A stretch of 64,000 nucleotides of DNA from positions 65,436-129,435 of IMG/VR virus record IMGVR_UViG_3300007352_000013; one strand, written 5' to 3'. This stretch comes from a virus. A program made the translations under genes and the position numbers. The notes under the pieces were generated by a model. That model did no database searches and had not been told where the DNA came from. It was given only the letters and a program-made list of their open reading frames with translations. Position 1 is the stretch's first letter. Every line of letters begins with the position of its first letter. This document shows positions 1 through 9,261 of this stretch, piece by piece.

Positions 1-249
1 TGCCAGAAACATATTGATAACGCTGTAAGTAAAACTATAAATCTTCCATCAACAGCAACAGAAAAAGATTTATCAGAAATGATTTTAAAACATATAAAAT
101 ATTTAAAGGGTATGACGATATATAAAGATGGATCAAAAGGAGAGAGTCCAGTGATGCCATTAAAGATTGAAGATGCAAAAAAATATATAGATAAATGTAA
201 ATCAGAGATAACAGATAATAGTTGTCCAACTGGAAAGTGTGAATTATAA
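1..249 (+). CDS. nrdJ: Ribonucleotide reductase large subunit, probably class II (B12-dependent), C-terminal fragment (partial)
   Basis: Frame 1 reads CQKHIDNAVSKTINLP...KGMTIYKDGSK...SCPTGKCEL*. The SKTINLP and KGxTIYxDGS motifs and the C-terminal Cys pair are typical. Absent from the ORF track. Confidence 0.75.
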   Translation, partial: CQKHIDNAVSKTINLPSTATEKDLSEMILKHIKYLKGMTIYKDGSKGESPVMPLKIEDAKKYIDKCKSEITDNSCPTGKCEL

Positions 250-250
250 A

Positions 251-1429
251 ATGAGTAATGAACGAAAAAAATTACAAGAAGCTATAGATGTAGTTGGAAA
301 ATATGGGTCTATAGCTAGCGCGGCTAGAGAATTGGGGATACCAAGAAAAACCTTGAGTTCAAGATATAATAAAGCGTTAGACAAAGGTTTTGTGTCTGGC
401 GCACCAATGCTTAGTCCAGATCAAGAAATAGGACTTGATAGTAAATTAAAATCAATCTCCAAAGAAAAGAGAGAATTACAGAAAAAATACGATGAGTTAT
501 TAAAAGTTCTTGAAAATAAAACAGGAGAATTAGATGCTGTAAGTAGATTCGCAACTATTGCTAATTCACTAGAATTTGATAAAATAAAAATAGTATCCGA
601 CAATAAACCGTCAGAAAGCACTGCCGTAATACTTTGTAGTGATCTTCATTATGAAGAAACTGTAGATCCAAAAACAGTAGATGGACTAAATGAATATAAT
701 ATTAAAATAGCCAAAGAAAGATTTAACAAGGTATTCCAGAATGGATTAAAGCTTGTAGATATGTCTAGAAGTAAATCAAATATAGATAATCTGGTATTGT
801 GGCTGGGGGGAGATTTAATAACAGGATATATTCATGAAGAACTCATGGAAAATAACGCCATGAGTCCAATTGAAGCTTCTATAGACGTATATAAGTTATG
901 CGTATCTGCTATAGATTTCTTAGTAGAAAATGGCGGATTCAAAAAAATAACCATTGTTACAAGCGTAGGAAACCATTCTCGCACGACAGAAAAGATGAGG
1001 GTATCTACAGCAGTAGAAAACAATTTTGAGTGGCTGATATATAACTTCTTGGTCACGCACTATGAAAAATCTGATACTGTTCGGTTTAAGCTTTCAAGAG
1101 GATACTTCAATTATCTAGATGTATATGGTTATTCTATACGATTTCATCATGGCAATTATATCCGTTACGCTGGTGGTGTTGGCGGTATTAGTGTGCCTAT
1201 TAATAAGGCAATAGCTCAATGGAATCAGGGAAAAACCGCCTCTATAGATGTATTTGGTCACTGGCACCAAAGATTATCCAGTAAAAATTTTGTTGTTAAT
1301 GGTTCTATTATAGGTTACAATCCGTATGCTATGTCTATTAAGGCGGCATTTGAAAAACCGCAGCAATCCTTTTTCTTGATCCATCCAGTATGGGGTAAAA
1401 CAGTAGAGGCCCCAATCTTTGTAGATTAA
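251..1429 (+). CDS. HTH-fused calcineurin-like metallophosphoesterase
   Basis: N-terminal HTH (SIASAARELGIPRKTLSSR), a coiled coil, then SDLH, GGD, GNH, HHG and GHWH metal motifs. ATG at 251 follows the RNR stop (track starts at 239). Confidence 0.8.
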   Translation: MSNERKKLQEAIDVVGKYGSIASAARELGIPRKTLSSRYNKALDKGFVSGAPMLSPDQEIGLDSKLKSISKEKRELQKKYDELLKVLENKTGELDAVSRFATIANSLEFDKIKIVSDNKPSESTAVILCSDLHYEETVDPKTVDGLNEYNIKIAKERFNKVFQNGLKLVDMSRSKSNIDNLVLWLGGDLITGYIHEELMENNAMSPIEASIDVYKLCVSAIDFLVENGGFKKITIVTSVGNHSRTTEKMRVSTAVENNFEWLIYNFLVTHYEKSDTVRFKLSRGYFNYLDVYGYSIRFHHGNYIRYAGGVGGISVPINKAIAQWNQGKTASIDVFGHWHQRLSSKNFVVNGSIIGYNPYAMSIKAAFEKPQQSFFLIHPVWGKTVEAPIFVD

Positions 1430-1432
1430 AAT

Positions 1433-1567
1433 ATGAAAGAACCATATATAATAGAACCAAAAATCAAAAAGCCTGAAGATTTTATCAGATATATAATGAA
1501 CTATAAAAAAGAAAGTACTCCTATCAAAGAAACAAAAACTATAAAGAAGAGGAAGATTGTATTGTAA
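1433..1567 (+). CDS. Small basic hypothetical protein (44 aa)
   Basis: MKEPYIIEPKIKKPEDFIRY...KRKIVL* fills the gap between flanking genes; below the track cutoff. Confidence 0.4.
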   Translation: MKEPYIIEPKIKKPEDFIRYIMNYKKESTPIKETKTIKKRKIVL

Positions 1568-1571
1568 TTGT

Positions 1572-2297
1572 ATGTTTAACATAATTACTTATTGCTCAAA
1601 AAACTATCATATAAAATTAAAAAGAACAATAAATTCTTGGTACAATCAAGATTCTGTTAAAAATATATTTGTTTATACAGATTTTTTGATAACTCAAAAA
1701 AGTAATAAAATAATTTATCAAAAGTTATTTGAAGGATCAGAGGATTTCGGGGAAAATTGTTCACGTAAAGTTCAATGTATATTACATTATTTCAATAATT
1801 TTATAACAAAAGATAAGCAAAACGACAATATATTATTTTTGGATATAGATTGTTTTATAGTTAAAGATATATCGAATCTATTTGATAAAGATTTCTATGT
1901 AGGTGTAACCGTATATCCAGAAATTAAAGAAAAATATAAAACAAATAATATTAGTTCTGGATTTATAGCTATTAAAAATAATGTAAAATCATTAGATCTT
2001 ATTCTTAAATGGAAGAAAAAACAAGATTTATTAAGCAAAGAAAGTCCATGCAGGGATCAAAAATCATTGTCAGAATCTATAACATCCATTAAAAAAGATC
2101 CATCATATAAATTATTATTATTAGATTCTAACGTATGGAATTTGCATCCGAGTACAGGTAATATCGGACACATCAAAGAATGGTATAAAAAAATAGAAAC
2201 CAACAACCCAAATATACTCCATTTTTCGTCTGGTGCAATAGATCATCAAGAAATAATTGATAATGCTTTGGAGGCTTGTAATGTTCAAAAGATATAA
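1572..2297 (+). CDS. GT-A fold nucleotide-diphospho-sugar transferase
   Basis: ILFLDIDC DxD motif, ISSGFIAIKN and DQKSL motifs, C-terminal ILHF. Start adjusted to ATG 1572. Confidence 0.65.
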   Translation: MFNIITYCSKNYHIKLKRTINSWYNQDSVKNIFVYTDFLITQKSNKIIYQKLFEGSEDFGENCSRKVQCILHYFNNFITKDKQNDNILFLDIDCFIVKDISNLFDKDFYVGVTVYPEIKEKYKTNNISSGFIAIKNNVKSLDLILKWKKKQDLLSKESPCRDQKSLSESITSIKKDPSYKLLLLDSNVWNLHPSTGNIGHIKEWYKKIETNNPNILHFSSGAIDHQEIIDNALEACNVQKI

Positions 2298-2409
2298 AAT
2301 TCCAGACGACGTAGGTTGGTTAGGGTGGTTCGAAGATATTTATGGTGATTGCATAGCTTTTGTTGGATTAGATAGAAAAATTATTTTTATGAAAGAATTA
2401 AAATGTTAA
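2281..2409 (+). CDS. Small hypothetical protein (42 aa)
   Basis: MFKRYKIPDDVGWLGWFEDIYGDCIAFVGLDRKIIFMKELKC* bridges the gap and overlaps both neighbours. Confidence 0.35.
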   Translation: MFKRYKIPDDVGWLGWFEDIYGDCIAFVGLDRKIIFMKELKC

Positions 2410-2612
2410 ATAACAATAGTCTTCAAGACATAGAAGAAATGGCGCACGATTTATATGGGTGTATGTGTCCCAACCTCATGATATTACTTGGTAAAATAGG
2501 AAATCAGCATCCAAATAATCCTATTACTTTAATGGGGGTTGATGCTGAAACATATTCTGCAATGTTAAACTTCGCTAATCATGTATTGGATAAATTGAGA
2601 GAATCAAAATAA
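2403..2612 (+). CDS. Hypothetical protein
   Basis: ORF coupled to the next gene by TAATG. Confidence 0.5.
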   Translation: MLNNNSLQDIEEMAHDLYGCMCPNLMILLGKIGNQHPNNPITLMGVDAETYSAMLNFANHVLDKLRESK

Positions 2613-3148
2613 TGTTAGATTGTTGTAGAAATAATAATGAATGTGATTGTAGTTGTCATGAAAGTAATGGTTCTATAATGCATTGTGTTCCATGTTGTTA
2701 TAAATGTCCTTCTTGTAAAATTAATATTCCAACTTATATGTTCGATAAGCATAAAAAGGTGTGTAATCAGAAAGGGTACGCTATTTTCGATAAAATTGGT
2801 GTAGTTGGTTCAAGAACATTCAATAATTATCAATATATGAAAAATATATTAGATAAATTATTTTCATGTAATAAAATAATAAGTGGTGGTGCTATTGGTG
2901 CCGATTCTTTGGCCGCTAGATATGCTAAAGAAAATAACATTGAACTGGAAGAATTTTTACCAGACTGGAACAGATATGGTAAGTCCGCTGGTTTTAAAAG
3001 AAATAAACAAATAGTTGATGCATCAGACATAATCGTGGCATTTTGGGATGGAGAATCTAGGGGAACAGCAAATACTATATCTTTAGCACATAAACAAAAT
3101 AAAACTGTTTATAGATATTGGCCAAAGGATAATCATATTTATGAGTAA
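2612..3148 (+). CDS. SLOG-superfamily (DUF2493/YspA-like) protein with Cys-rich N-terminus
   Basis: VVGSRTF, IISGGAIGADSLA, YGKSAGFKRN and VAFWDGESRGT motifs. Confidence 0.75.
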   Translation: MLDCCRNNNECDCSCHESNGSIMHCVPCCYKCPSCKINIPTYMFDKHKKVCNQKGYAIFDKIGVVGSRTFNNYQYMKNILDKLFSCNKIISGGAIGADSLAARYAKENNIELEEFLPDWNRYGKSAGFKRNKQIVDASDIIVAFWDGESRGTANTISLAHKQNKTVYRYWPKDNHIYE

Positions 3149-3377
3149 TGCAAGTAAAAGCTATATGATGTGCAGAATTTGCAATAACGATATTAATACC
3201 ATAAGACTTTTATGGACAGATTATTATCCAGAGGGCCATAGGCATTATGATGATCATGTTTGTTTGAAATGCGGAGCATATGCTAGTCAACCGGGAAGTA
3301 GTTTGTGTAAAAAATCTCTTATAGAGTATAGAAGAAAATATATAGGAATTATTAAAGGTGATACATGTCAAATTTAG
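3141..3377 (+). CDS. Small Zn-ribbon protein
   Basis: CRIC...CLKC and overlapping start/stop. Confidence 0.5.
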   Translation: MSNASKSYMMCRICNNDINTIRLLWTDYYPEGHRHYDDHVCLKCGAYASQPGSSLCKKSLIEYRRKYIGIIKGDTCQI

Positions 3378-4294
3378 AAATTCAATTCGCTTGGAGCGAA
3401 TCAAGAGTCAAGACACTAAGGGAGTGTGCTAGAAAATACTATCTGAACTACTTTCTTAGTTGGGAAGGTTGGTTAAAAAATTCTACCGAACAACAAAAAC
3501 AAGCTTATAGACTTAAAAATTTAACAACATTCCCTATGTTTGTTGGTACTGTTGTTCATAATGTTATAGAATGTGCGATAAAGGAATTCAGAACAAATAA
3601 TAAATGGCCTTCATTAAATACTTCTAAAGAAAAAGTGATTGAAGCATTAAGAAATGGGTGGATAGAATCAACAAATAAGGAATGGAAAACTAATGCTAAG
3701 AAGATAAACTTTTTTGAACACTATTATAATGAACCACCAACAAAACAAAAATTACAAGAATATAAAGAAAAATCAATTAGATGTATAGAAGCTTTTTATA
3801 AATGTTATATATTCGATATTATGTCTAAATTAGATAAAAATGATTGGATAGAAGCAGAAGAATTTCAAAAGTTTTCTATGAAAACCGGAGAAGAAGTATC
3901 AGTTAAACTTGACTGTGCATTTAAGCATGACGGTAAAGTGTATATTATTGATTGGAAAACTGGAAAACCAAATAAAGATATTGTAGATCAAGTTGTTACA
4001 TACAGCATGTATGCTCTTAAAAGGGGTTGGATAAAAGGGGTTAAAGACCTAATAATTATTCCAGTATTTCTTGGATTTTTTAATGACGATCCTGTTGGAT
4101 CGTTACCGATTATTGAGATAACAAAATCACATATAGAAAAACAAGTAAAAATAATTCAATCAGAATATCCTATGCTTACCGAGGCCCATAAAAATAGAGA
4201 TAATATAGATTTTTTTGAAAAAAGACAAGATACAAAAAAATGTAATTGGTGTCAATTCAAAGAGATTTGCCATCCAAAAGGAGTCAGACAATAA
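3365..4294 (+). CDS. PD-(D/E)XK exonuclease, RecB/AddB/Cas4-like
   Basis: WSESR..TLRECARKY, GTVVH, KLD..IIDWKTG and C-terminal CNWCQFKEIC motifs. Confidence 0.8.
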   Translation: MSNLEIQFAWSESRVKTLRECARKYYLNYFLSWEGWLKNSTEQQKQAYRLKNLTTFPMFVGTVVHNVIECAIKEFRTNNKWPSLNTSKEKVIEALRNGWIESTNKEWKTNAKKINFFEHYYNEPPTKQKLQEYKEKSIRCIEAFYKCYIFDIMSKLDKNDWIEAEEFQKFSMKTGEEVSVKLDCAFKHDGKVYIIDWKTGKPNKDIVDQVVTYSMYALKRGWIKGVKDLIIIPVFLGFFNDDPVGSLPIIEITKSHIEKQVKIIQSEYPMLTEAHKNRDNIDFFEKRQDTKKCNWCQFKEICHPKGVRQ

Positions 4295-4716
4295 TGGATG
4301 AAGTATTGCTTCGTACTGACGGCGGAATAAGAGTTGGTAAAATGGCACTAGGATATGTTGCATTTAATCCAAACAACGAAAATGAAATTTATTTTCAAGG
4401 TTCTAAAAGATGCGGATCTAATGGAACATCGAACATAAGTGAATATAGGGCATTAATAGAGGGTTTAGACAGATGTATCAAGGAAAAAGTTAAGATTGTT
4501 CATATAATACTTGATAGTCAATTGGTGGTTAAACAAGTAAATGGAAGTTTTAAAGTAACCAATCCAGAATTGAAGAAGCATAGAGATAAAGTATTGGAAT
4601 TATTGAATCAATTTGAAAATTATAGTATTAAATGGGAGCCGAGAAGTCACAATAAATTGGCTGATAGATTGGTAAATAATGTATTTGAAAATAAAAGAGG
4701 TAAAAATGATAAATAA
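4294..4716 (+). CDS. rnhA: Ribonuclease HI
   Basis: TDGG, SNISEYRALIEGL, LDSQLVVKQ and HNKLADRL motifs. ATG at 4294 overlaps the upstream TAA. Confidence 0.85.
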   Translation: MDEVLLRTDGGIRVGKMALGYVAFNPNNENEIYFQGSKRCGSNGTSNISEYRALIEGLDRCIKEKVKIVHIILDSQLVVKQVNGSFKVTNPELKKHRDKVLELLNQFENYSIKWEPRSHNKLADRLVNNVFENKRGKNDK

Positions 4717-5224
4717 GTTTATGTTTTCAGAAATATTATTATCTATTCTAATTCTTTTGGGTTTGGTTGGATGTGTTGGGAAAGAAGCGGTTAAAGCAGA
4801 AGCAAAAATTGCTGCTGTAGAAAACAACCTAAATAGGTTAGAAAAAGTATTAGATGCTAAAGTAGATATAGCTCAATTAGATAGAGTAGAACAAAATATA
4901 TTAAAATTAGATAAGACAATTAACAATTCTGGTGTTATTAAATACGGAGGCGCTGGTTGGGTTGTTATAGGTATGAGCATAATGGCCCTAATATTTGTTA
5001 TAGTAATAGCTGGACTAATAAAATTCTATCTAAAATCAAGGGATAGGACTAATTTACTTTCTTTGGTTACAAAAGCTATAAGTAAAGTAGACCCAAATAC
5101 ACAAACGAAAATAAAAGAAATGATAGAATACGAGACGTTATATGGAGGCCCTTTTGGTGTCAAGCACAAAAAGATGTTATCGGACTTCACTCGCCAAAAT
5201 GGTACATTTGTAAACAAAAAATAA
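4706..5224 (+). CDS. Lipoprotein with coiled coil and second TM helix (unimolecular-spanin-like topology)
   Basis: Hydrophobic signal ending LVGC, heptad coil, then TM segment GWVVIGMSIMALIFVIVIAGLI. GAGG upstream of ATG 4706. Confidence 0.55.
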   Translation: MINKFMFSEILLSILILLGLVGCVGKEAVKAEAKIAAVENNLNRLEKVLDAKVDIAQLDRVEQNILKLDKTINNSGVIKYGGAGWVVIGMSIMALIFVIVIAGLIKFYLKSRDRTNLLSLVTKAISKVDPNTQTKIKEMIEYETLYGGPFGVKHKKMLSDFTRQNGTFVNKK

Positions 5225-5243
5225 AACGTAAAATTGGTATAAT

Positions 5244-5438
5244 ATGGCAGAATTCATTCAGTACGATTCGAATTGTAGATATTGTAAAGGTACTGGAATG
5301 GTGGATTTAGTTATATCAAGCAAGCCGTGCTTGGATTGTAAAAAAGAAATGAATTATACAAATAATACAAATGATATTGATAATATGATTAAAATGACAG
5401 ATTGTGAATTTGAACAATCGGATGGACAAAATATATGA
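5244..5438 (+). CDS. Small CxxCxGxG Zn-finger protein
   Basis: CRYCKGTG...CLDC. Confidence 0.5.
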   Translation: MAEFIQYDSNCRYCKGTGMVDLVISSKPCLDCKKEMNYTNNTNDIDNMIKMTDCEFEQSDGQNI

Positions 5439-5755
5439 TAGATTTTAATGTAGATAGTAATAGAGATAGAGAAATCCTTGGACTTAAGGATCGTGGAATA
5501 ATAAGTGTTTGTTGCAATAAATGTAAAAATAATTTGGTAGATTTTCAAGTTACTAAAAACAATATAGATTTAGTAGAGGAAAATATAAATCCAATAAGCA
5601 CTAACGCATTAATTATTTGCGATATGTGTAAAACCAATAATTCAATTAATATAAAAGGCCAATTCTATATTGGTGCTGGACAAGAAAATATATCTCTGGA
5701 AACAAAAGATAGCGACCGAGATTATGATCTTATTATTTTGGCAAGATTAAAATAA
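5435..5755 (+). CDS. Hypothetical Zn-ribbon protein
   Basis: CNKC...CDMC; ATGA overlap. Confidence 0.55.
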   Translation: MIDFNVDSNRDREILGLKDRGIISVCCNKCKNNLVDFQVTKNNIDLVEENINPISTNALIICDMCKTNNSINIKGQFYIGAGQENISLETKDSDRDYDLIILARLK

Positions 5756-5756
5756 T

Positions 5757-6071
5757 ATGAATAAAAATGATATAAATATTGATATCAATGGAACACCGCA
5801 TAAATGGAATAAAAAAAGAACACTTAATGAAAAATGGTTAGCGCAAAAGAAAGGTTGTTCTTATTGGGTAACGGTATCTAGCGAGGGTTTTCTTTTTAAT
5901 CCATTAGATTTGAGTGAAAATATAGATAAAATAGATAAAGAAAGAGGAAAAAGATTTTATTCATTGCAAAAATGCGGCCCATTATGTTACAATTATTACG
6001 TTAATTTTCTTAGAACGAAACAAAGAACTCATTTGATATTGGCACAAAGAAGTTTTCAAGGGGGAGAATAA
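5757..6071 (+). CDS. Hypothetical protein
   Basis: Tightly packed ORF. Confidence 0.55.
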   Translation: MNKNDINIDINGTPHKWNKKRTLNEKWLAQKKGCSYWVTVSSEGFLFNPLDLSENIDKIDKERGKRFYSLQKCGPLCYNYYVNFLRTKQRTHLILAQRSFQGGE

Positions 6072-6490
6072 TGGAAAAAGAACATTTAGTATCTTTTACA
6101 AAACCGGATAATTTGGATGGCATATATTTTGAAGCCAAGTTGTCTAATGGTAAAACAATTTTTCAAGATAAAAGAGAAAATGAGCCACATGCTTGGGTAA
6201 GATTGTCACAATTTATTAGATCTAATCCACAATTAAAAATAGAATCATATAAAGTAATGAAGCGAAACGGAAAAATTTTTAATCTTCCAGATAATCAAAT
6301 GGGCTATGTATTTGGTTTGAAAAAAACAAAAGTATATTTAGCACCGGGAGGAGAATTAGATTTGGTTTGTTTTGGTCATTATGACGGAAAATTTTGTCAT
6401 ATGATTTGGATAAATAATAATGCTAAAGAAGTTTTAAGAGAAAAAAGAACTAAAGAAAGTGCGGGATTTTTTTTGATAGAAAATAATTAA
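6071..6490 (+). CDS. Hypothetical protein
   Basis: TAATG coupling with a GGAG SD. Confidence 0.6.
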   Translation: MEKEHLVSFTKPDNLDGIYFEAKLSNGKTIFQDKRENEPHAWVRLSQFIRSNPQLKIESYKVMKRNGKIFNLPDNQMGYVFGLKKTKVYLAPGGELDLVCFGHYDGKFCHMIWINNNAKEVLREKRTKESAGFFLIENN

Positions 6491-6491
6491 T

Positions 6492-6935
6492 ATGCATAAA
6501 GATTATAAATCACCAACAACTCCCGGTCTTGATATAGATTTCAAAAACTACGTTATAGAACTAGTATGTTTAAACGTAGATAAAAAATTGGGTCCAAAAT
6601 TTTGGAAGAATAATACGTATTGGTCTAATAAATATAAAAGAGAAATTAAAGGGTTTCATAATCTAAAAGAACATTTGATATTTTCTCTAGATAATCCACT
6701 AGTCCAAAAAATATTGATACAGATTATAAAATCAAAAAATATAAAATCATTATCAGCTACAAAGACAATAGAAAAGATAAGATATCATTTGAAAAACCAT
6801 TATACAAATGAAGTTAATGAAAGATCACAGATTGATATAGAAGAAAATATAAAAATAAATATGAATAAAAATTCTAAATTTATAGATGGAAACAAAAAAA
6901 ATAAAATATCATCAATAAGAGATATGGAAAAATAA
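6492..6935 (+). CDS. Hypothetical protein
   Basis: Tightly packed ORF upstream of recA. Confidence 0.6.
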   Translation: MHKDYKSPTTPGLDIDFKNYVIELVCLNVDKKLGPKFWKNNTYWSNKYKREIKGFHNLKEHLIFSLDNPLVQKILIQIIKSKNIKSLSATKTIEKIRYHLKNHYTNEVNERSQIDIEENIKINMNKNSKFIDGNKKNKISSIRDMEK

Positions 6936-7970
6936 ATGGCAAAAAGAAAAAATATAGAATCTGAAAGTTTTGAGGACTTTTTAAGTAGACAATATGGCAA
7001 AGGTGTATTGAGTACAGCTAGTGATATAGTAGAAAGAAAAAGAGAAATACTTCCAACTATTTTATCTTTAGATATAGCTCTATCCGGAGGAATCCCGTTT
7101 GGGGTTACATCTCTTATTTCTGGCAAACCAAAAGTTGGTAAAACATCTATATGTCTTCAAATTCTTAAAAATGCTATAGATAGAGGTAAACCCGCATTTT
7201 ATTTTGATATAGAAAGAAGATGTTCAAAATCTCTTATACAAACAATAAATGGATTGGACGCATCTAAATTAAATATAATTAAATCTACAGAAGATAAAAT
7301 ATTGAATGCTGAAGATTATCTTAATATCTTAGAAAGAACAATAAAAGACAACAAATATGCTGTTATAGTAGTTGATTCATTGGCTATGTTAAGCACTATG
7401 GCAGAACAGTCAGAAGATATAGGCAGCAATAAAGATATGAGTGGCCCACCAAAATTGTTATCATCATTTTTTAGAAGAACACAACAAATAATAGATAACA
7501 ATAATATTATATTGATTTTTATATCACAACTTATAACAAATAGAGATCCTAATGGTAAAAAATTTATAGAAAAAGGTGGAATGGGAATTCAATATGCAAC
7601 AAGCGTTTGGTTAAATTGCACATGGGCAAAAACTTGGGACAAAGATTCAAACACTAACGCCCCATTAGGACAGGATGTTCAAATAAGTGTGGTTTGTTCT
7701 GCATTGGGTCAACCATTTTTACCATGCAGTGTACCAATAAGATTTGGATTTGGTCCAGATGTTATAAAAGATATAGTTATAAATGCAGAAAACATTGGAC
7801 TTATAGAAAAATCAGGAAGTTGGTATATACTACCAATGTTTAAAGATGAAAATGGAGAAAAAATTAAATTACAAGGAATAAACCAAGTTTGTGAATATTT
7901 ATCTGAAAATATAGATAAGTCAGAAATCCTAGATAAAGAAATCAGAAATATGTTAATACCAAATATATAA
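6936..7970 (+). CDS. recA: RecA-family recombinase
   Basis: LSLDIALSGGIP, Walker A GKPKVGKT, Walker B VIVVDSLA, IFISQL, GGMGIQY and IEKSGSWY motifs. Confidence 0.9.
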   Translation: MAKRKNIESESFEDFLSRQYGKGVLSTASDIVERKREILPTILSLDIALSGGIPFGVTSLISGKPKVGKTSICLQILKNAIDRGKPAFYFDIERRCSKSLIQTINGLDASKLNIIKSTEDKILNAEDYLNILERTIKDNKYAVIVVDSLAMLSTMAEQSEDIGSNKDMSGPPKLLSSFFRRTQQIIDNNNIILIFISQLITNRDPNGKKFIEKGGMGIQYATSVWLNCTWAKTWDKDSNTNAPLGQDVQISVVCSALGQPFLPCSVPIRFGFGPDVIKDIVINAENIGLIEKSGSWYILPMFKDENGEKIKLQGINQVCEYLSENIDKSEILDKEIRNMLIPNI

Positions 7971-8329
7971 TGAAAATAAGATTATTAAACGGATCAGAAG
8001 AGAACATAAATCTTAAAAACTATATAATAGACAGGGATGGATTTTGTAAATCTAAATTTCAAAAAGATATCCGTGATCAATTAATAAAAAAATATCCCAA
8101 CGATATTATATGTGAAGAAGTTTATATAAGAGGTGAAAAATTTTATTTAGATTTTTTTATACCATCTTTAAAATTAATAATAGAAGTTAATGGCAGGCAG
8201 CACAAACAACATGTTAAATTTTTTCACAAAACAAAAAGGGATTTTCATGAACAGTTATCAACCGATAAACGTAAAAAGGATTGGGCTGATATAAACAATT
8301 TTAGAATACAAGAGATCAACTATGAATAG
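7970..8329 (+). CDS. Vsr/DUF559-like PD-(D/E)XK endonuclease
   Basis: YLDFFIP..LIIEVNGRQH and D..K..W...N motifs. Confidence 0.65.
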   Translation: MKIRLLNGSEENINLKNYIIDRDGFCKSKFQKDIRDQLIKKYPNDIICEEVYIRGEKFYLDFFIPSLKLIIEVNGRQHKQHVKFFHKTKRDFHEQLSTDKRKKDWADINNFRIQEINYE

Positions 8330-8738
8330 TTTTGATGCAGAATATAATAAGTATAATGATGATTTGATTAAATGGGAAAAATCCATTTGTTTATCAAGTA
8401 AAGAACCAGATAGAAATAAAGTAGAAGATATTTTAGGATACGATATATCAGATATAAGAAAATCTGATACTATGACATTAACAGAATATGTATTTATAAT
8501 ATCACAATATCTTATATTTCTTCAAAAAAAGAGTAATGAATGTGATACATTTCTAAAATGGATTAAAAATAATATATCCAAATTTTTTGGAGACGATAAG
8601 GCTAGAGCAGCAAGATTAGCTAATAAAGTAGAATTAAGACAGTCAAGAATAGCCTATCTCTCGCGTAGAATTGAATTTTATTGTCAAGCTATACAAGGAA
8701 TAGTTAGACAACGTAATGTGGAGCATAAAAATGGCTAA
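8322..8738 (+). CDS. Hypothetical helical protein (possibly a recombination mediator)
   Basis: All-alpha coiled coil two genes after recA; function inferred from position only. Confidence 0.4.
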   Translation: MNSFDAEYNKYNDDLIKWEKSICLSSKEPDRNKVEDILGYDISDIRKSDTMTLTEYVFIISQYLIFLQKKSNECDTFLKWIKNNISKFFGDDKARAARLANKVELRQSRIAYLSRRIEFYCQAIQGIVRQRNVEHKNG

Positions 8739-9261
8739 TGCGATAGAAAAAATAAGGAATGGTATAATAAAAACCGATTGGGGTTTAATTTGTTCTGCTT
8801 ATAAAGATTTAACAGGAGAAGTTTTAGAACCGCCTAATTCTAATGCAGATCATTACCGTAATACAATAAACAAAATAAAAGAAATATGTTTATCATATGA
8901 TTCACAAGAACCTTTTGTTTCAGAACAACAGCCCAGAAAACAGAAAAAGAAAACAATTCCCAAACCACCACCACCACCAGAAAACGAAACAACGACTAAT
9001 GGGGAACCTATTCCACCCCAATCAAATAAAACTAATATTTTTGGTAATAAGACTAATTTTATAACAGAAGAAGTTTCAGATGAAGAAATTAAAGAAACAA
9101 GAAAGAATTTCAAACAAAAAGAACATAGACCTCCTGTAACCATGTACGATATTATTTGTTGTATATGCGATAATCCATTTAAGAGTTTTATTCCATCGTC
9201 TGATGAAATAGGACAAAGATGTGGTAAATGCTTAAAGGATACAATTAAAAATGCAAAATAA
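8731..9261 (+). CDS. Hypothetical protein with Pro-rich linker and C-terminal Zn ribbon
   Basis: PKPPPPP, CCICD...CGKC. Start adjusted to ATG 8731. Confidence 0.6.
   Translation: MANAIEKIRNGIIKTDWGLICSAYKDLTGEVLEPPNSNADHYRNTINKIKEICLSYDSQEPFVSEQQPRKQKKKTIPKPPPPPENETTTNGEPIPPQSNKTNIFGNKTNFITEEVSDEEIKETRKNFKQKEHRPPVTMYDIICCICDNPFKSFIPSSDEIGQRCGKCLKDTIKNAK

Noticed and set aside
5235-5243. TGGTATAAT promoter before gene 5244
   Set aside because: It abuts the ATG directly, leaving no room for a start site; not supported unless the true start is downstream.
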